A DNA stretch of 64,000 nt from Chrysomallon squamiferum (Eukaryota; Animalia; Mollusca), in assembly GCA_012295275.1 (NCBI GenBank), contig CM022671.1, positions 3,286,001 through 3,350,000 on the forward strand. Direction: 5' to 3'. Of this stretch, positions 40,001 through 53,400 are shown in pieces. The translations under genes and the position numbers were made by a program. Every line of letters begins with the position of its first letter. Position 1 is the first letter of the stretch. The notes beneath the pieces are model-generated. The model worked only from the letters and a program-made list of their open reading frames with translations. It had not been told where the DNA came from and did not search any database.

Positions 40001-41102
40001 TTTGCATTTTTATTTAATTAATTATTATTATTTAGATATCATTTGATCTTTCAGATGTTTAGGTAGAAATATCTTTTAAAAAGATGTGACAATCATATCA
40101 CTCAAGATTTTTATAATTTGCTGTACATTCTAAGGTCAAAGTGAAAACATCAGCCACTGAGTTATGTAACTGATGGACCTATTTTTTAACATTAGAATAT
40201 AATTTCAGAAAAAATTAAATAATAATAAAATAAATAAAATAATAATTAAACCATTTAAAAAAAAAAGAAGATAAAATTAAAAAATAATCCAGATAAAAAA
40301 ATGAAGGCTTCTAAGTATCTAAGCATTAGACAAAATATGTAAAAACAATGTTTTGGTATTTGGAGCAGATATAACTATTTATACAAAGTAACTGTTACCT
40401 GTTTTATATTATTTCCCTTATTAAAAGGAATGTCAAGATGACAAAATGTCTTAACATATCTCTGTACTTAAATTCTACCAATAAACTGGTTTGTATAATT
40501 TACTTAATACTACAGCTTTTTATTTTGTGTATGGAGAGGATAGGGCTAACATTTTTTTGAATCTCCTTTCTGCAAGTTTAATTTATGACCATACTATTTC
40601 TAAACGTACATCTTTGATTATATTTCATTAAAACTGAATTCAGACTTCTTTTTTTACTGCTTTTATTTCACATTTTTCTATTATATAAGACAGACGCTCA
40701 TGCAAGAAAGAAAAAAATGTGTATATAAAAAAAAAATTTTTTTTTAATAATTCAAAATGGGGAAGGAATATGTTTGTCGCCTGAAAAAATCAAAATATAA
40801 TTTGTCACTCAAGTTATGGAAACAAAATACGTGAATAAATTATAAAATTAGCTTTATAGTGCAAATACCACTTTTAATTACAAACATTAGCTAAAACGTC
40901 AGTTGAACTAAAGCACGGCCAAGCGAAAACGATCATCAAAATATTTTGGATTTTCTGTGAATGTATCACCTTCAGTTACTTCAAGAACCTTTATTTGATT
41001 TTCGCCTGACGTTCGAATAGCATGCTCGGGAGAAAGAATTGCTGTTAAACTTTCTAATAGGACCTCTTTGAGTGATCGATTTCTATCCCCAACTCCCGCC
41101 AT
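27169..41102 (-). CDS. IPO9: Importin-9, about 25 exons
   Basis: Exons traced from [19 protein letters not shown] through [129 protein letters not shown] to [17 protein letters not shown] stop at 27169. Confidence 0.96.
27845..28485. mobile_element. Non-autonomous Tc1/mariner-superfamily (Tc2/pogo-like) element in an IPO9 intron
   Basis: Left end TA|CCGTATATACTTGTGTATAAGTTGA; right end TCGACTTATACACAAGTA is its inverted repeat (17/18). The outermost right bases are eroded; no ORF. Confidence 0.7.
31295..31510. repeat. Degenerate intronic tandem repeat (TACCTGTA/TACTGTAC units)
   Basis: Several tacctgta..tgtataaa units next to the IPO9 donor at 31519. Confidence 0.55.
32497..32802. mobile_element. 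~306-bp MITE with 24-bp TIRs in an IPO9 intron
   Basis: Left GGGTCATTCCGTGTCAAATCACCC; right GGGTGATTTGACCGGAATGACCC (reverse complement identical except a 1-nt gap). Flanked by ATAT on both sides within a (TA)n run. Confidence 0.88.
36053..36232. repeat. Old ~110-bp-period tandem duplication in an IPO9 intron
   Basis: ttttagactaattaatgcttat..acactgacttatgcaaattctcagtacaa recurs as ttttagactaaataatgtttac..acactgatacatgaaaattcacaatacaa. Confidence 0.6.
36473..36727 (-). other. U12-type (minor spliceosome) GT-AG intron in IPO9
   Basis: Donor GTATCCTTC at 36727; branch site TTCTTAAC (36489-36482) ~10 nt before the AG; no polypyrimidine tract. The join gives ..QSSDV|YIRTVVN.. in frame. Confidence 0.9.
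38981..39621. mobile_element. ~640-bp non-autonomous hAT-like element in IPO9 intron 2
   Basis: TIRs CAGGGCTCGAAA ... TTTTGAGCCCTG (11/12). CAG termini are typical of hAT elements; the flanks (tacacatg / cacatata) are only an imperfect target duplication. Confidence 0.7.
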
Positions 41103-41539
41103 ATTTGTTCAAAATAAATTTCTAACAGTGTGAAAATATAATGAATTCAGATATTAAAAGATATTTTAAATATTTGTATTTTGAAAGTCAGAATTCACAG
41201 ATAACATAATAAACTCCTAAAGGTTATAATTCAATATATAAAATATATCACCATAAAAATATATTTTGGATTTTATAATATTTTTTTAAAACTTATTTTA
41301 AATCCATATTTCGTTTATTCAACACTGCATTAACAATTTTCAACTAACACAAAAACCACGATTATTTCCGATTGGTAAAGAAGGCCAATCCGCTTCTTTC
41401 AGCTCAATAACCGAAAACGTCCGAAATATATGCCAGCAATTCCTCGGCGAAATCGAGGCTCCAGCGCCCGCTAATCAAGTAAATGTGTTACACGTAGGTG
41501 CCGGCATTGCAGAGTCTAGTAATCCACATATATTTCATA
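41103..41539. promoter_or_regulatory. Bidirectional promoter IPO9/RPN1
   Basis: Only 437 bp between the divergent ATGs; CpG-rich at 41360-41510; inverted CCAAT pair (ATTGG 41371-41375, CCAAT 41385-41389). Confidence 0.75.
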
Positions 41540-44500
41540 ATGAAGAAACCGTTTTTATATTTTTTTCTTTGGATGGTTTTCGTATCTGTTTTATGCAAAG
41601 TTAACGAAGAGACAATTAATTCTAATGTAGTGAATAGTAAAGTGGAGAGAAAAATTGATATCTCTACGCATTTAGTGAAAATCTACACATCTCTAACTAT
41701 AGAAAATAAAGGTTCTTCATCTGTACAATCAGTGCTGTTTGTAACTGAACCAACAATGAAAAATAAGCTGTCATTTATAGGAGCAGTGGTAAGTTACTTT
41801 GTATGATCATCCGCACACGTTTAAAATAACACAAATCACAATCATTTACACGCGTACATACGATATAATCATATACGCCATGTGACACAGTGACACCGTT
41901 GTTAATTTTGTCGATTGTCGACCTACCACTGTTACCCCAACTCAGCTATACCAACTTGTAAAATTATAAGTTCTAGCATTTATGTTTAGAGATAATGTCA
42001 GACTTAAATAGAATCAAATAATCTCATTACAGAAATTCAGATGATCATGCTGTAACATTGTCATGTTTTACATGTATACTCATACTGCAAATTGCAATAA
42101 CTTAATATACAGTATAAATAAAATTGAATTTGAAAAAGGGTGTGTATTTATGGAAATAAATACCATATACTGATAAAGCTACAAGTTAATGACATTTTTA
42201 CGGCTGGTTTCATAGCCATGTATAAAAACAATACTAAGTATACTTAGTCTTATACTGTCACTGCATTTTATAAAAGCCTGGAGGGTAGCAATGTTCATCA
42301 CTGATTATCTGAAGAAGTTTTATTTTATATACAGAACTGGCAATGATCACTGAAATAAAATAATAATAAAAAAAAGAATCAAAACATTTCTGTTTGTTTG
42401 AGAAACATGTAACTTATGTGGAGAACCAAATGTAAACTTTATTCCAAAAGTACTTTTTACCATGTTCTTAAATCAGTATTATTAATGTTTTAAATACCAC
42501 CTTTTATTTTTATTTTATTATTATTTTTTTGCACACTTTAATAAACTTTTCTTTACTTTTCAGACAAAAGACGACAAACTGAAGGTGTCTGAAGCTGCAG
42601 TTCGTGGTCATGAGTAAGTATCATTTAGTTTTTAAAATCTGTGTAAATATTAAACTGAAATATTTCTTAAAAATAATTTGTCACTTCTTGTTTTTCTATT
42701 ACTTCCATAAATAGACACATAGTAATATTATCAACTGATTTATTATCTTTTTTTATACCTTGTGCTGTCTTTTTTTTGTCTTTTTTTTTTATAAATTTGT
42801 TTGTGTCAGTATGTTAGTATATGTATATACTGATGTTAAATTTACCAGAAATTACATATATTTTTTTAAAAAGATTACTGAAATTTTTATTTCTATATTT
42901 TTGTTTTCTTTTTAAATAGAGATGACCAGTTTTGGAAAATACAGTTGCCTTCACCTTTGGCTGCTGGAAAGAGCATCACCATTGATGTGGAGACAGTCTA
43001 TGCCCATGCACTAGATCCTCACCCAGTTCAGATTACTCAGTCTGAGAAACAACTAGTTTTGTTTGTAGGCAATCTGTACCTGTATTCACCATATAAGACA
43101 GTTACCCAGACTACTACTGTGACAACACCATCATCCAACCTTGAATCATTCACCAAGGTGAAACCATACACACAGCAAACAAGTGATAATCAGATAATCT
43201 ATGGACCTTACAAAGATCAGCCTCCGTTTATAAAGGTCTGTGTTGATTCCTTGTTCAAAGATTTATAACTATTTTTCATCTCCACTTTATGACTGTATTC
43301 CATTAACTTCATTATTAAAATGTTTGAATAAATATATTTTAAAAATTTAAACTCTGATAAGACATTAAAATATAATAGTGGTTGTGATAAGGATTCTTTC
43401 CTAATGATAATTTTTATTTTTAAAATAAATTTGAATTAATTTAAAATTATCATCTGAAAGTTTGAAAATTTGTCTAACACTAATATCTGTGCATCTGAAT
43501 CAGAAATTAAAAAGTAAGTTGAAATATATATATACTGGTATCTGCAATATTACAGGCAGAGCTGAGAGTGCATGAAGAAAACAACAATGCCTTTCTGACA
43601 GTCACCAGTATTGAGAGAATAATTGAAGTTTCACACTGGGGAAATGTCGCTGTTGAAGAACACATTGAAATGAGACATTCTGGGGCAGTTCTCAAAGGTC
43701 CATTTTCAAGATTTGACTACCAAAGAAGTCAGGATGGTGTTTCATCTATCAAAACATTCAAGGTACATTGATTCATTTTTGACAAACTGATATGATTTAC
43801 TATACAAATTTGTTTTTGCATAGTTCTGTAGTTGAGTTTGTCCAGACTTGCATATGTTGTATTTGGTTTATTAAGTGTTCAAAATTTGTCAGATTTAAAT
43901 AAAATGGTAGTAACATAAGTAAAACAGTAGAATGTTAGGGAGATTTGGAGAATAACAGAATAAATAAAAGGCACTTGGAACTATTTCTGACAAAGATTTT
44001 TTTTCATCTTAAATCTTATTTATTATTTATTAACGTGTAACTGATTTGTAACAAAACAATATTATGTGTAACTTGTTTGTAACAAAACAGTAATATGTCT
44101 AACTTGATTTGTAACAAAACTGTAACAGGTATATGTAAATGTTTTACTTGCAGACTGTTCTTCCCGCGTCAGCGAGAGATGTGTACTACCGAGATGAGAT
44201 TGGTAACATTTCTACAAGCAACCTGCGAGAACTTGATGACTTTGTTGAGCTAGAGTTGAGGCCTCGCTTCCCTCTATTTGGTGGCTGGAAAACCAATTAC
44301 TACGTTGGCTACAACGTCCCCAGCTATGAATATCTCTTTAACAAAGGTAAATTGACAATCTGCTTTAACATTTTTTTTTTTTTTGTTTGTTTGTTTTTTA
44401 ATAATAAATTCAAAATTCATGATGATTGATAATACATCATTTTTATCACTACTCTAAACTGTAATCTGTAATGTATTAGTAAAGTGATATATATATTTAC

Positions 44501-46745
44501 ACAGTGTGTGTTTGATTACAGGTGACAGGTATGCCCTGAAGATGCGTCTGGTTGATCATCTCTATGATGACATGGTGGTTGATGAGTTAACTGTCAGAGT
44601 CATTCTTCCTGAAGGATCAAAGTAAGTCTTAATGCACTGAAAGGTGTTTTTGTAAATCCATTCCTTGCCATGGATTGCAGTAGATTTCCTTTTTGTTATT
44701 TAAAAAAATGTTTGGTATTTATTAATTAATACTAATTTAAACATTTTAATTTTGAATAATTTTGATATAAATAACATTATTTCGGAGTTTAGTCATCTGT
44801 TTTTATAAACTCCGTTTTGTTGTTAAATGTAATTAATATTTAAAATGGATTGATTTTGTCTAGGAATATTGAACTGAAAACACCCTACCCTGTAAAACGA
44901 GGTAAGGATGAACTTCATTACACTTACCTGGATACAGTTGGTCGCACAGTCGTTGTGATGTACAAGAACAACCTTGTAGAACAACACATACAGGAATTTG
45001 AGGTATATCTAATTTTAAAAAAATCAATAAATATACAAGTGATGAAAAGTTCATTTGTATTTCCCAAGTTTTTCCAGATTTCATTCTTTGAAACATTTTC
45101 ATTGTTTAGACATGTTTTTGCTTCAAGTTGTGTTTTCATATTTGTGAAATGTTTTGATATGTTTATATAATTTATGGATTATTGTAAAGACATACTCACA
45201 GACCCTATAATAATGAGTAAATGTATTTGCCTCTAATTTCAAACACACTGAAGCATCCGCTGCAAAAGTGTCTAACCATTAATGATTAAATGAAGTGTGT
45301 ATGAGAGGTGACAGCTATTTAATTTTGTTTTAAATTGTCTAATTTCTTTCAGCTCCATTACACTTTCCCAAAACTGCTGCTGCTGCAAGAACCACTGCTT
45401 GTTGTTGGAGCATTCTACCTTCTTTTCCTCCTCGTTATCGTTTATGTGAGACTAGACTTCTCCATTACAAAGGTGAGAATCTTCAGTATTGTGGGGAAAG
45501 AAATATTTTTATTTTATTTTTTTTAAATATTTTTTTGAGTGTGGGATATATCTCAGTTTAATAGTACTACCATAAAAATAAATTTAGATATTATATTGTT
45601 GTACTGATTACATTTTATTTTTGTGAATCTAGCACATCAGAGAGGAAATTTCTAAATACAATTCTTAGGATTAAAAATGTACACCTTTAGCAGCATGGGT
45701 TTTTTTCACAACTTATCTTATATATAATTAAATTAATAATTAAATTGTATTTTATTTATTTTTCTCCATAGGATGAACTGAAAGAAAGCCGCATGAGGAT
45801 TTCCAGTTTGATTGAGGAGGTGCAGAGCACTCAGGACAAACGCAGTGCCCTCTACCAGAGCTATGAAGATGCCATCAACAAGTTCAAGGCCAACAAGGAC
45901 TCGAGTCAACTGACATCAAGCAGGAAGAAGATTGATGCTGACTACAAACAGCTTACTCTGCAGATCCAGACACTGCAGTCTCAACTCAAATCTGAAACTT
46001 CAGAGGCTGCTGAAAAGGTAAGTTTTAATTCTGGCAAACTTACATTTAAAATGAACCTACGATGGCATACTTTCCAAGTAATAGTGTGTCAAGGTTTTTT
46101 TTTTTCTTTGTTGTATTGACTTGTTATATATATTAATGGCATCTTTATAGATTTGGTTTATTTTCAACGTAACTAAATCATTTTTGAAGCCAGCCAGTTC
46201 TACATAAACTTGTTTTGTGAAGTGTCTGATTAAGTAATAAAGAAACAATTGTAGTTTTTGTTCTGCATTTGTTAATGCTGGATTATTGTAGTTTGAGGTG
46301 CTGATAATTTAGGCATTTAAATGCTAAAACACACTCATGAAATGTTTGGTCAGTTTGATCATTAGCATGAGGCTGTTTCCCAATCCAGCAGTGCCTCATG
46401 GTTAACTCTGATATGTGAATGATTCCATGTTCACTGGAAAAAAGATAAAATCAGTTAGTATCAGATTAAAAAATACTGTCAATTGTGAAGATTGATTTGT
46501 GTTCTTGTATACTTGTTTCTTCAAAGGTGTTACTCAACTAAAAAGTCTCGTTATGTTTACAGGTGGCAGAGTTGCAGCGTCTGGACAGCAGCTACAAGGA
46601 GCAGATCAACCTTGCCATCAGCCTAGCTGAACGCCTCGTGCACAACAAGATCGGCAAACAGCAGTACCTGGAGAACGAGAAGGGCATCAACGCCAAGAAA
46701 GACGAAATTTACCAGAAAATGGAAACTCTGACTGCCAATCTGTAG
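41540..46745 (+). CDS. RPN1: Ribophorin I (oligosaccharyltransferase subunit 1), 10 exons
   Basis: Exons ~41540-41788, 42564-42613, 42920-43235, 43556-43762, 44154-44347, 44522-44621, 44864-45003, 45353-45472, 45772-46017, 46563-46745. Motifs: signal peptide, [84 protein letters not shown]. Confidence 0.97.
44035..44132. repeat. Three-copy ~32-bp tandem repeat just before an RPN1 acceptor
   Basis: gtaac(t)tgatttgtaacaaaaca.taatatgt repeated three times. Confidence 0.8.
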
Positions 46746-48607
46746 CAAACTAATTCTTAGCTTAACTGGTTTGACATCTTGTTCAGAAAGATTAAGAAAA
46801 CAAAAAAAAACCTGTTTTAAAAGTTCATTTTTTATAGTGAATTGGTAAAATTTTGTTTGTATTCATGATTCACTTTTGTCACAATTTTCATTGATATCCT
46901 GAATAAATTGTATTAAAATGTTAACTTCGTTTTTCATTCCATTCTTTGTAAAAGATTGCTTTATTGTTTTTAAAAATGGAATTAAAATATTGGTATCTCA
47001 AAAAGGCTTTGTATTAATTCAGAGGTTAGCACATTAAAGAAACATGTAAATAGTGATGTATCAGTTTGGTGCAGTGTGTTTGAAGATAAACCTATGAAAA
47101 TAGTTTCATTACTTTTTTTTTTGTTCTTGCATTAGTTATTAAGAATTTTTCTCATGTGTTTCTGTCTAGTTGGAAATTTAAAAATTACTCTTTTTTTTTA
47201 GTGTGTAAAGACTAACGTCATATTGTGATTGAAACAAATAACCTAAATATGTTTTGTAAATTCTATTTGAAAGTTTTCCATTAAACCTAACTCCACTCTT
47301 GCAACTAACAAGTATATGAGCACTATTTGTAAGTGAATACTTCTGAATGTTCTGCTGATAAAGTACAGAAACAAAAGATGGCTGCCAGTTTGCTTTGTAT
47401 TCTGATACATAATGTATAAAAATGTGAATTCACTCCACCCACCATAAACAATCACAAATCATGGTTCTCTGAAAGCTGCAGTAACATCTTATTTGCTGAA
47501 TTATATAAATGAACTAAATGACAAAATTGGCATTTCTGATAGTATTTCAAATTTTCACTTAAAAATGGATACTTCTATACTTCCCATCGGACATTGTCAG
47601 TTTATAATATTTTATTTTTAGCAAAGATTACAACCATCTACTGCCTGGGATACATATATAAAATGATTGGTACTTTTTATTTTTATCATAACAGGTATGC
47701 CAGATACTCATTCTTAATTTCACTTATTTTAACCTTGTGATGAGTTGTCATTAAACATTCATTTATTCTTTGATATTCTGTTGTGTCACAAATTGTGTGT
47801 TTAGTAAACAGATAATTCTGTTTTAATATTCAGTCTTAAGCTGCCTGGAACCAAATGCACTGAAATATTTACCTTTCCTAATACATACAACAATGTGAGT
47901 CACTGCTGAAAAAACATTTTTATTAAATTTTATTTCACTTACTGTCAGTGATGGTGACATATTGGCACGTAAAAGTATTGCTGCAGGAATTAACAAGAAC
48001 AGTAAATTAACAAACTAGAAAAAATAATTAAGAAGTAATGGGAAAACATTTATTTTAACACTTGAAACTAGAAAATAACATCTGAAAATATTTAATTTCA
48101 AGACCTCACTAGCTCTTTTTACAAGAAATGTGAAGTAAAATGTATTAAGTATAATAAAAGTTTCATTTAGGTGAGTAGAAATTTATCATCACAAAGATTT
48201 TGCTTAAAGACATCTGTTTTACTATGAATAAAACATAACAACTTAATAATGTTGCATTATGGACTTAAAAACAATTTTCTTTTTAAATAGAAATCATCTT
48301 TCCTAAAAACCCTACAAATATAATTTGCAAGATTTATCTTCATAGGACCAATTCCCCTTTCTGCCTATTTTTAGTAGGGGTAGTTCATACTGTCACAGAG
48401 ATAGAGTTCATTTTGTTTTATTTTATAAAAAAATGTGACATTAGATAACAAGAATGATTTTATATGATTATTTATTAATACTGAATCAATTTTCATATTT
48501 TTCATTTAGGTAGAAAATGTTTTTTTAAATAATGAAGTAAACGTGCATCATGCAAAAATTTTGTATCTGCTTTTCAACTTCTACAATGATTATGGTAACA
48601 TATCAAG

Positions 48608-48643
<36 letters not shown>

Positions 48644-50446
48644 TGAAAAAACCCCAAATCTGCCATTTTTCAATACATTTGATTTTAAAAACCCAACATG
48701 CAGATAGAACCAGTGATATTGTTTTTATACATTATTCTATAAATATTCAGCGAAAATTTTCCCTTGGAAATATCTCTTTTTGTTTAAGCAAAACGTATAA
48801 TACAATATATAATACAATCATCAATGAAACTTTTATAATCTAAATACATCATTAATTATCAGATCACTTTAAACAACAGGAATAATGGTAACATATAAAT
48901 TTTATTTTCAACTTATATAACAATGCTAATGACTAGATAAAAACTAAGCATGCAGGAACAATAAAATGAACTCGAGCTTCAACTAGTTCAAAATGGTAAA
49001 CCATTTTCTATCATCATTTTGGAAAATAAATGGTATTAATTATAACAATAATAAAAAAAAAATTACTCAATTCAACAAATTTACTCATGTAAGTATAGTA
49101 GAAATACTATGTAAATGAAATACAAAAATAAAAATAAAGAAACAACAAAAAACAATTACGACCCAAAACCCCTCACAAATGATAAAAATAAATTCAAATA
49201 TTAAATGCATTTTGATTTCAGCTTCTTCAGTTTAAATGTGTCTTCCTCTGTAATGGAACAGCATTAAGATAGTTACCACTTTACTGTTATTGAATATTGT
49301 AATATTATAAAATGTGCATCTAAATTATTATTAAAACAGGATCTCAATTATTGCAGGTGCTAAATAAGCAATATATTCTAAAAAGAATTAAAAAAAATAA
49401 TAATAATAAAAAAAAAAATAAAAAAAAAAAAAAAATACGTTTTTATATTCTTTTTATCAGATTAATTGCTTCCTAATTTTCAGGCTGTAAAACTACTTGC
49501 TAAGTCTAGAATAAGGCTGACTAATTTGTGGCTGCCATCCAAAGAATTTTGCCACTTCACAAGTGTATTTGTTATGGAAAATAGTAACTAAATGTCCTAA
49601 TGTTTTACTATATAGTTTGCCTTTTTTATATAAAATAGCAACACATTTTATTACAATTGGATATTATTTATAATGTCCAGAAACCATTAAAACCATTTCT
49701 CCTGTATCTACATTTCAAAATTTTCAGGGTGAGTATGATCCTTGAAAATCAAGCAAATTTGAAACACTTTGCATATCTCAACATCACTAGACCCTAACCT
49801 CAGTATCTGGTGCCATGCTAATTAGGTAGGTGTTACTATTGCAGAAAAATAACAATTAAAAAAATAGATATATGCTACCATATATCTTGCCAACCTTACA
49901 AAAAAACAATAAAAAAAGATATAAAATGAACTTTCCTAATTTCCAAATTATTTGTAAATCAATCATTTAAACAATAGAAACTTAAATAATGAACAAATAA
50001 TATTAAAAATTATATTATAAACCCCAAGAAACCAAATCAATTCTGAAGTGTTTCTTAAAACAACCAACATTGTTTTTAAAACAAATGTTCTTTAAATTAT
50101 TTACTATGACCATTTTAAAATGTTATAAACTGTACAAATATTGTTTTTTTTTCAATTATTATTATTATTATTATTAACAATTCTATAATATTTAGAATGC
50201 TGCCTTTCAGTCTGAGGAAAAATAAACTTGCCAAATTCTGAGAAATAAATGCAATAGAAAACCAGTCATTAATTAAATAAAACTTTCATAATCAAAACTA
50301 ATTTTTAAAAAAAATAAAAGAAAAAACAATAGGACTGTACCCCTGAAATGGTGAGGAAAAAAAACAACCCCAAAACAAAAATAAGACCCCAATTTAAAAA
50401 AAAAAAAAAAAAAAAATGTCTTGTATCACAAAAATGTAAATATGCA

Positions 50447-53400
50447 CTATGAAGGAACAAAACAAGTGTTTGAATCAGACGTCACAACATCTGTGTCTAA
50501 CTTCTTTGAACACTTTGGAGCAGTTTTAACTTTCTTTTTTTTTGACATGCATAGAGGCACTCGGTGAGAAGTGAAACTGGAAGAAACAGGACTGAATGTC
50601 TGTTTTTTCTTTACAGTCTTTTTCACAGACAAGTATTTTCTGGAAGACATTTTTTGGCAACAAATGTTTTTGGTATTTTTGGATTTTTTCAGTTTCTGAG
50701 AAATCGGATTATGCTTTTTGGTATTCAAACTATTATTTGTATCCATAGTTACAATGTTTTCTGTAAAAATCAAATTTTTACTGTCTGTGCCAGTTACATA
50801 TCTTTTGTTTGGAACAGGTGTACATGTACTGTCTATAGTAGTTACATCTGTAGCTGTATTATCTGTACTGTCTGTAGCTGTTACATCTGTACTGTCTGCA
50901 TTTGTTACATCTGTACTGTCTGCAGCCGTTACATCTCTATTGCCTGTAGCTGTTGCATCTGTATTGCCTGTAGCTGTTACATTTGTACTGTCTGTAGTTG
51001 TTACATCTGTGTTGTTCCTAATATTTACATCTTTACGGACTTTAACCTCTGAGTTATCAGTTGAAGATAACGTCTCAATTAAGTCTGAACTGGTTGTAAG
51101 AGTTAACTGTCCTGGCTGTTTCTTAATCAGAAGTGGCTGAGTACTGTTACATTCAGTGAGAGCTATGTTAAGTACAATGGGCTTTAGCGTCCCCTCACAA
51201 CTGATTGTCACATCATCTTTTCCTTCTTTCTCACTAATGTTTTCCATCAGAGTAGGAACAATATCGCTCATCACAGGAGCTGTCTCTAATGTTGCTTCAC
51301 ACTCCATAGTGACTGGACTGGCAGCATCAGTATCTTGCATAGGTGCAGAGGTATTTTCTGAACTTTCACTAACATTTTGCATAGACATAACATTATGATT
51401 ATCTTGTATTTCTCCCATCTGTAACATCTCACAAACATCTTGAGGTATCATTTCGTTGACTTCAGGTAAGATCATCATCATTGATTCATTATCCTTTTTC
51501 TTTTTCATATCTTTATAACTAATGTCTGTAACTTTTGAGCTCTCACAAAAGGAATTTGACTCACACACTGCACCCCTAGAGTCAGGAACTACAGTCACAG
51601 AAAAGTTTTCTGAACATACATCCATCTCTTTTGCAAATCTATATGAGTATCAAAAGGTCTGTGTTGTATGTTATCATTAATTTTCATTAAGCTGCACATG
51701 TCAGATTTAACAGAAATTTCGCTGGCTTTACTAGAAGGAACAATACACTGTTCCGAACTACCTGATTCTTCAGACATTTCTTTTCTACCTGAGTCAGGTA
51801 AAGAAATATTAGAAAGTTTAATATCACTGGTCTTTTTCTTTTCTTCAACCTGGATTATGTCCTGAGTATTTTTACATTCCAATCTGCCATCCACTGAGTC
51901 AGTGTCTTTGTAATTTGTTTTGACTGTGGACATTTCATAACAACCAGTCAGTGAATTGGGAGATATGTTTTGATGTTCATTAGTTTCTGTAACTGTTACC
52001 TGCTGAGCTTTGCTCTGTTTCACTGGAGACACATTGTTTGATGATGAGTTATTTCCTAGATTAAGCATTGTGTTTAAAACAGAGTCAGAATCCAGAAGTG
52101 ATTCTTCAATACCATCAACAAATGTATTCATAGGAGACTCATCTTCATCATGCAGGGGCCTGTTGTTTTCAGTTTCTGAAACTTCCGGTGTTTTGTGTGT
52201 GACTGGCAGGTTTTTGTTCCTGAAAACTCTTAACTGAGTTAACTTATCAAGAGTCTGTTCTTCCGACCCACTCATCACCGAGTCAGACCCAAACACAATG
52301 ATGTCACTGCCATCTCTGTCATCTACACTGTGGCTGCAGTTGCTGAATGATATTTGTCCCACTGTTGTAGAATTACAGCTTTTCTCATCTGCTGGGTTTG
52401 ATTTGTTACTGGGAAACGTTTTACACTCTTGAGTAACGCAGTGTTTGTTCACTTCAGAAACACACTGCTTATTCACTTCACTAGCAGGGAATTTCTTTAC
52501 TTCAGTGAAATGTTGGTAACTCGTGTCAGTGTGGTGTTTGTTATCTTCTGTCACATGATGTTGACTCTGCTTAGTAACATAATGCTGATGCTGCTTGTGA
52601 ACATTTTGATTATTCTCTGCAGTAACATGCTGATGTGTGCCAGTAACAAAATATGTGTTCTCCCTAGCAGCATGAGGCTGATGCTCTTCATTAAGATAAT
52701 GTTGATAATGTTTAGTAACATGGTGTTGATAACTGTCAGTAGGATGTACTTCACTGTAGTTTTTCTCTTTAGTTAAAAAATACTGATGTTCTTTTGAAAC
52801 ACCTTGCTGAACACTGGGCTGATATTGCTGAACACCATAGCTCTGAGGCTTTCTGCTAACATAATTTTTATACTTTTGATTGACATGTTTGTCCTCATTG
52901 GAAAAAGGACATTTCACTTCAAAAGTAACATAACGTCTGTTTCCTTCAGTAACAACAGTTTCATTTCTTGGAATATAATTCTGCTTGTACTGTTCCACTG
53001 GCTTACTTCTGAAGTTACCAAATGAAGGAAGACTGGTTTTTACATCAGATGGATGAGGTGCTGAAGTGTTTTCAGATCTTTTGGTGACGATGATTTTATT
53101 CACTGTCCCTGTTGAAACAGGAGACATATTACTCAACTTAGGACAACTTGATGATGTTTGATTCTGCTTTGGATTATTTTCTGAACATCCAGAGTTCCAA
53201 ATTCTGTGTTCTCTGTCATTTACTGCAAATCCAGTAGAGACATTTCTTGCATATCTGTTGTGTTTCATGTCTGTCACTCTCATCTGACTCTGCTTAGCTT
53301 CCTGCTTCTGCACATATGACATGAATGAATCCATGAAGGAAGATGAAGATTTTGAACCAGCTGGTTTTACTTCAACAGCTGGAAATGACTGGTTAATATA

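Noticed and set aside
45183-45322. Possible TTAA-flanked small TIR element
   Set aside because: The terminal match is too short and degenerate to support.
46340-47770. SINE-like fragments at ~46340-46420 and ~47575-47770
   Set aside because: Only a faint resemblance from memory; boundaries cannot be defined without a repeat library.
50564-51398. Cys-rich and hydrophobic plus-strand ORFs (metallothionein-like or TM-like look)
   Set aside because: Antisense shadows of the 24-bp coding repeat on the minus strand.
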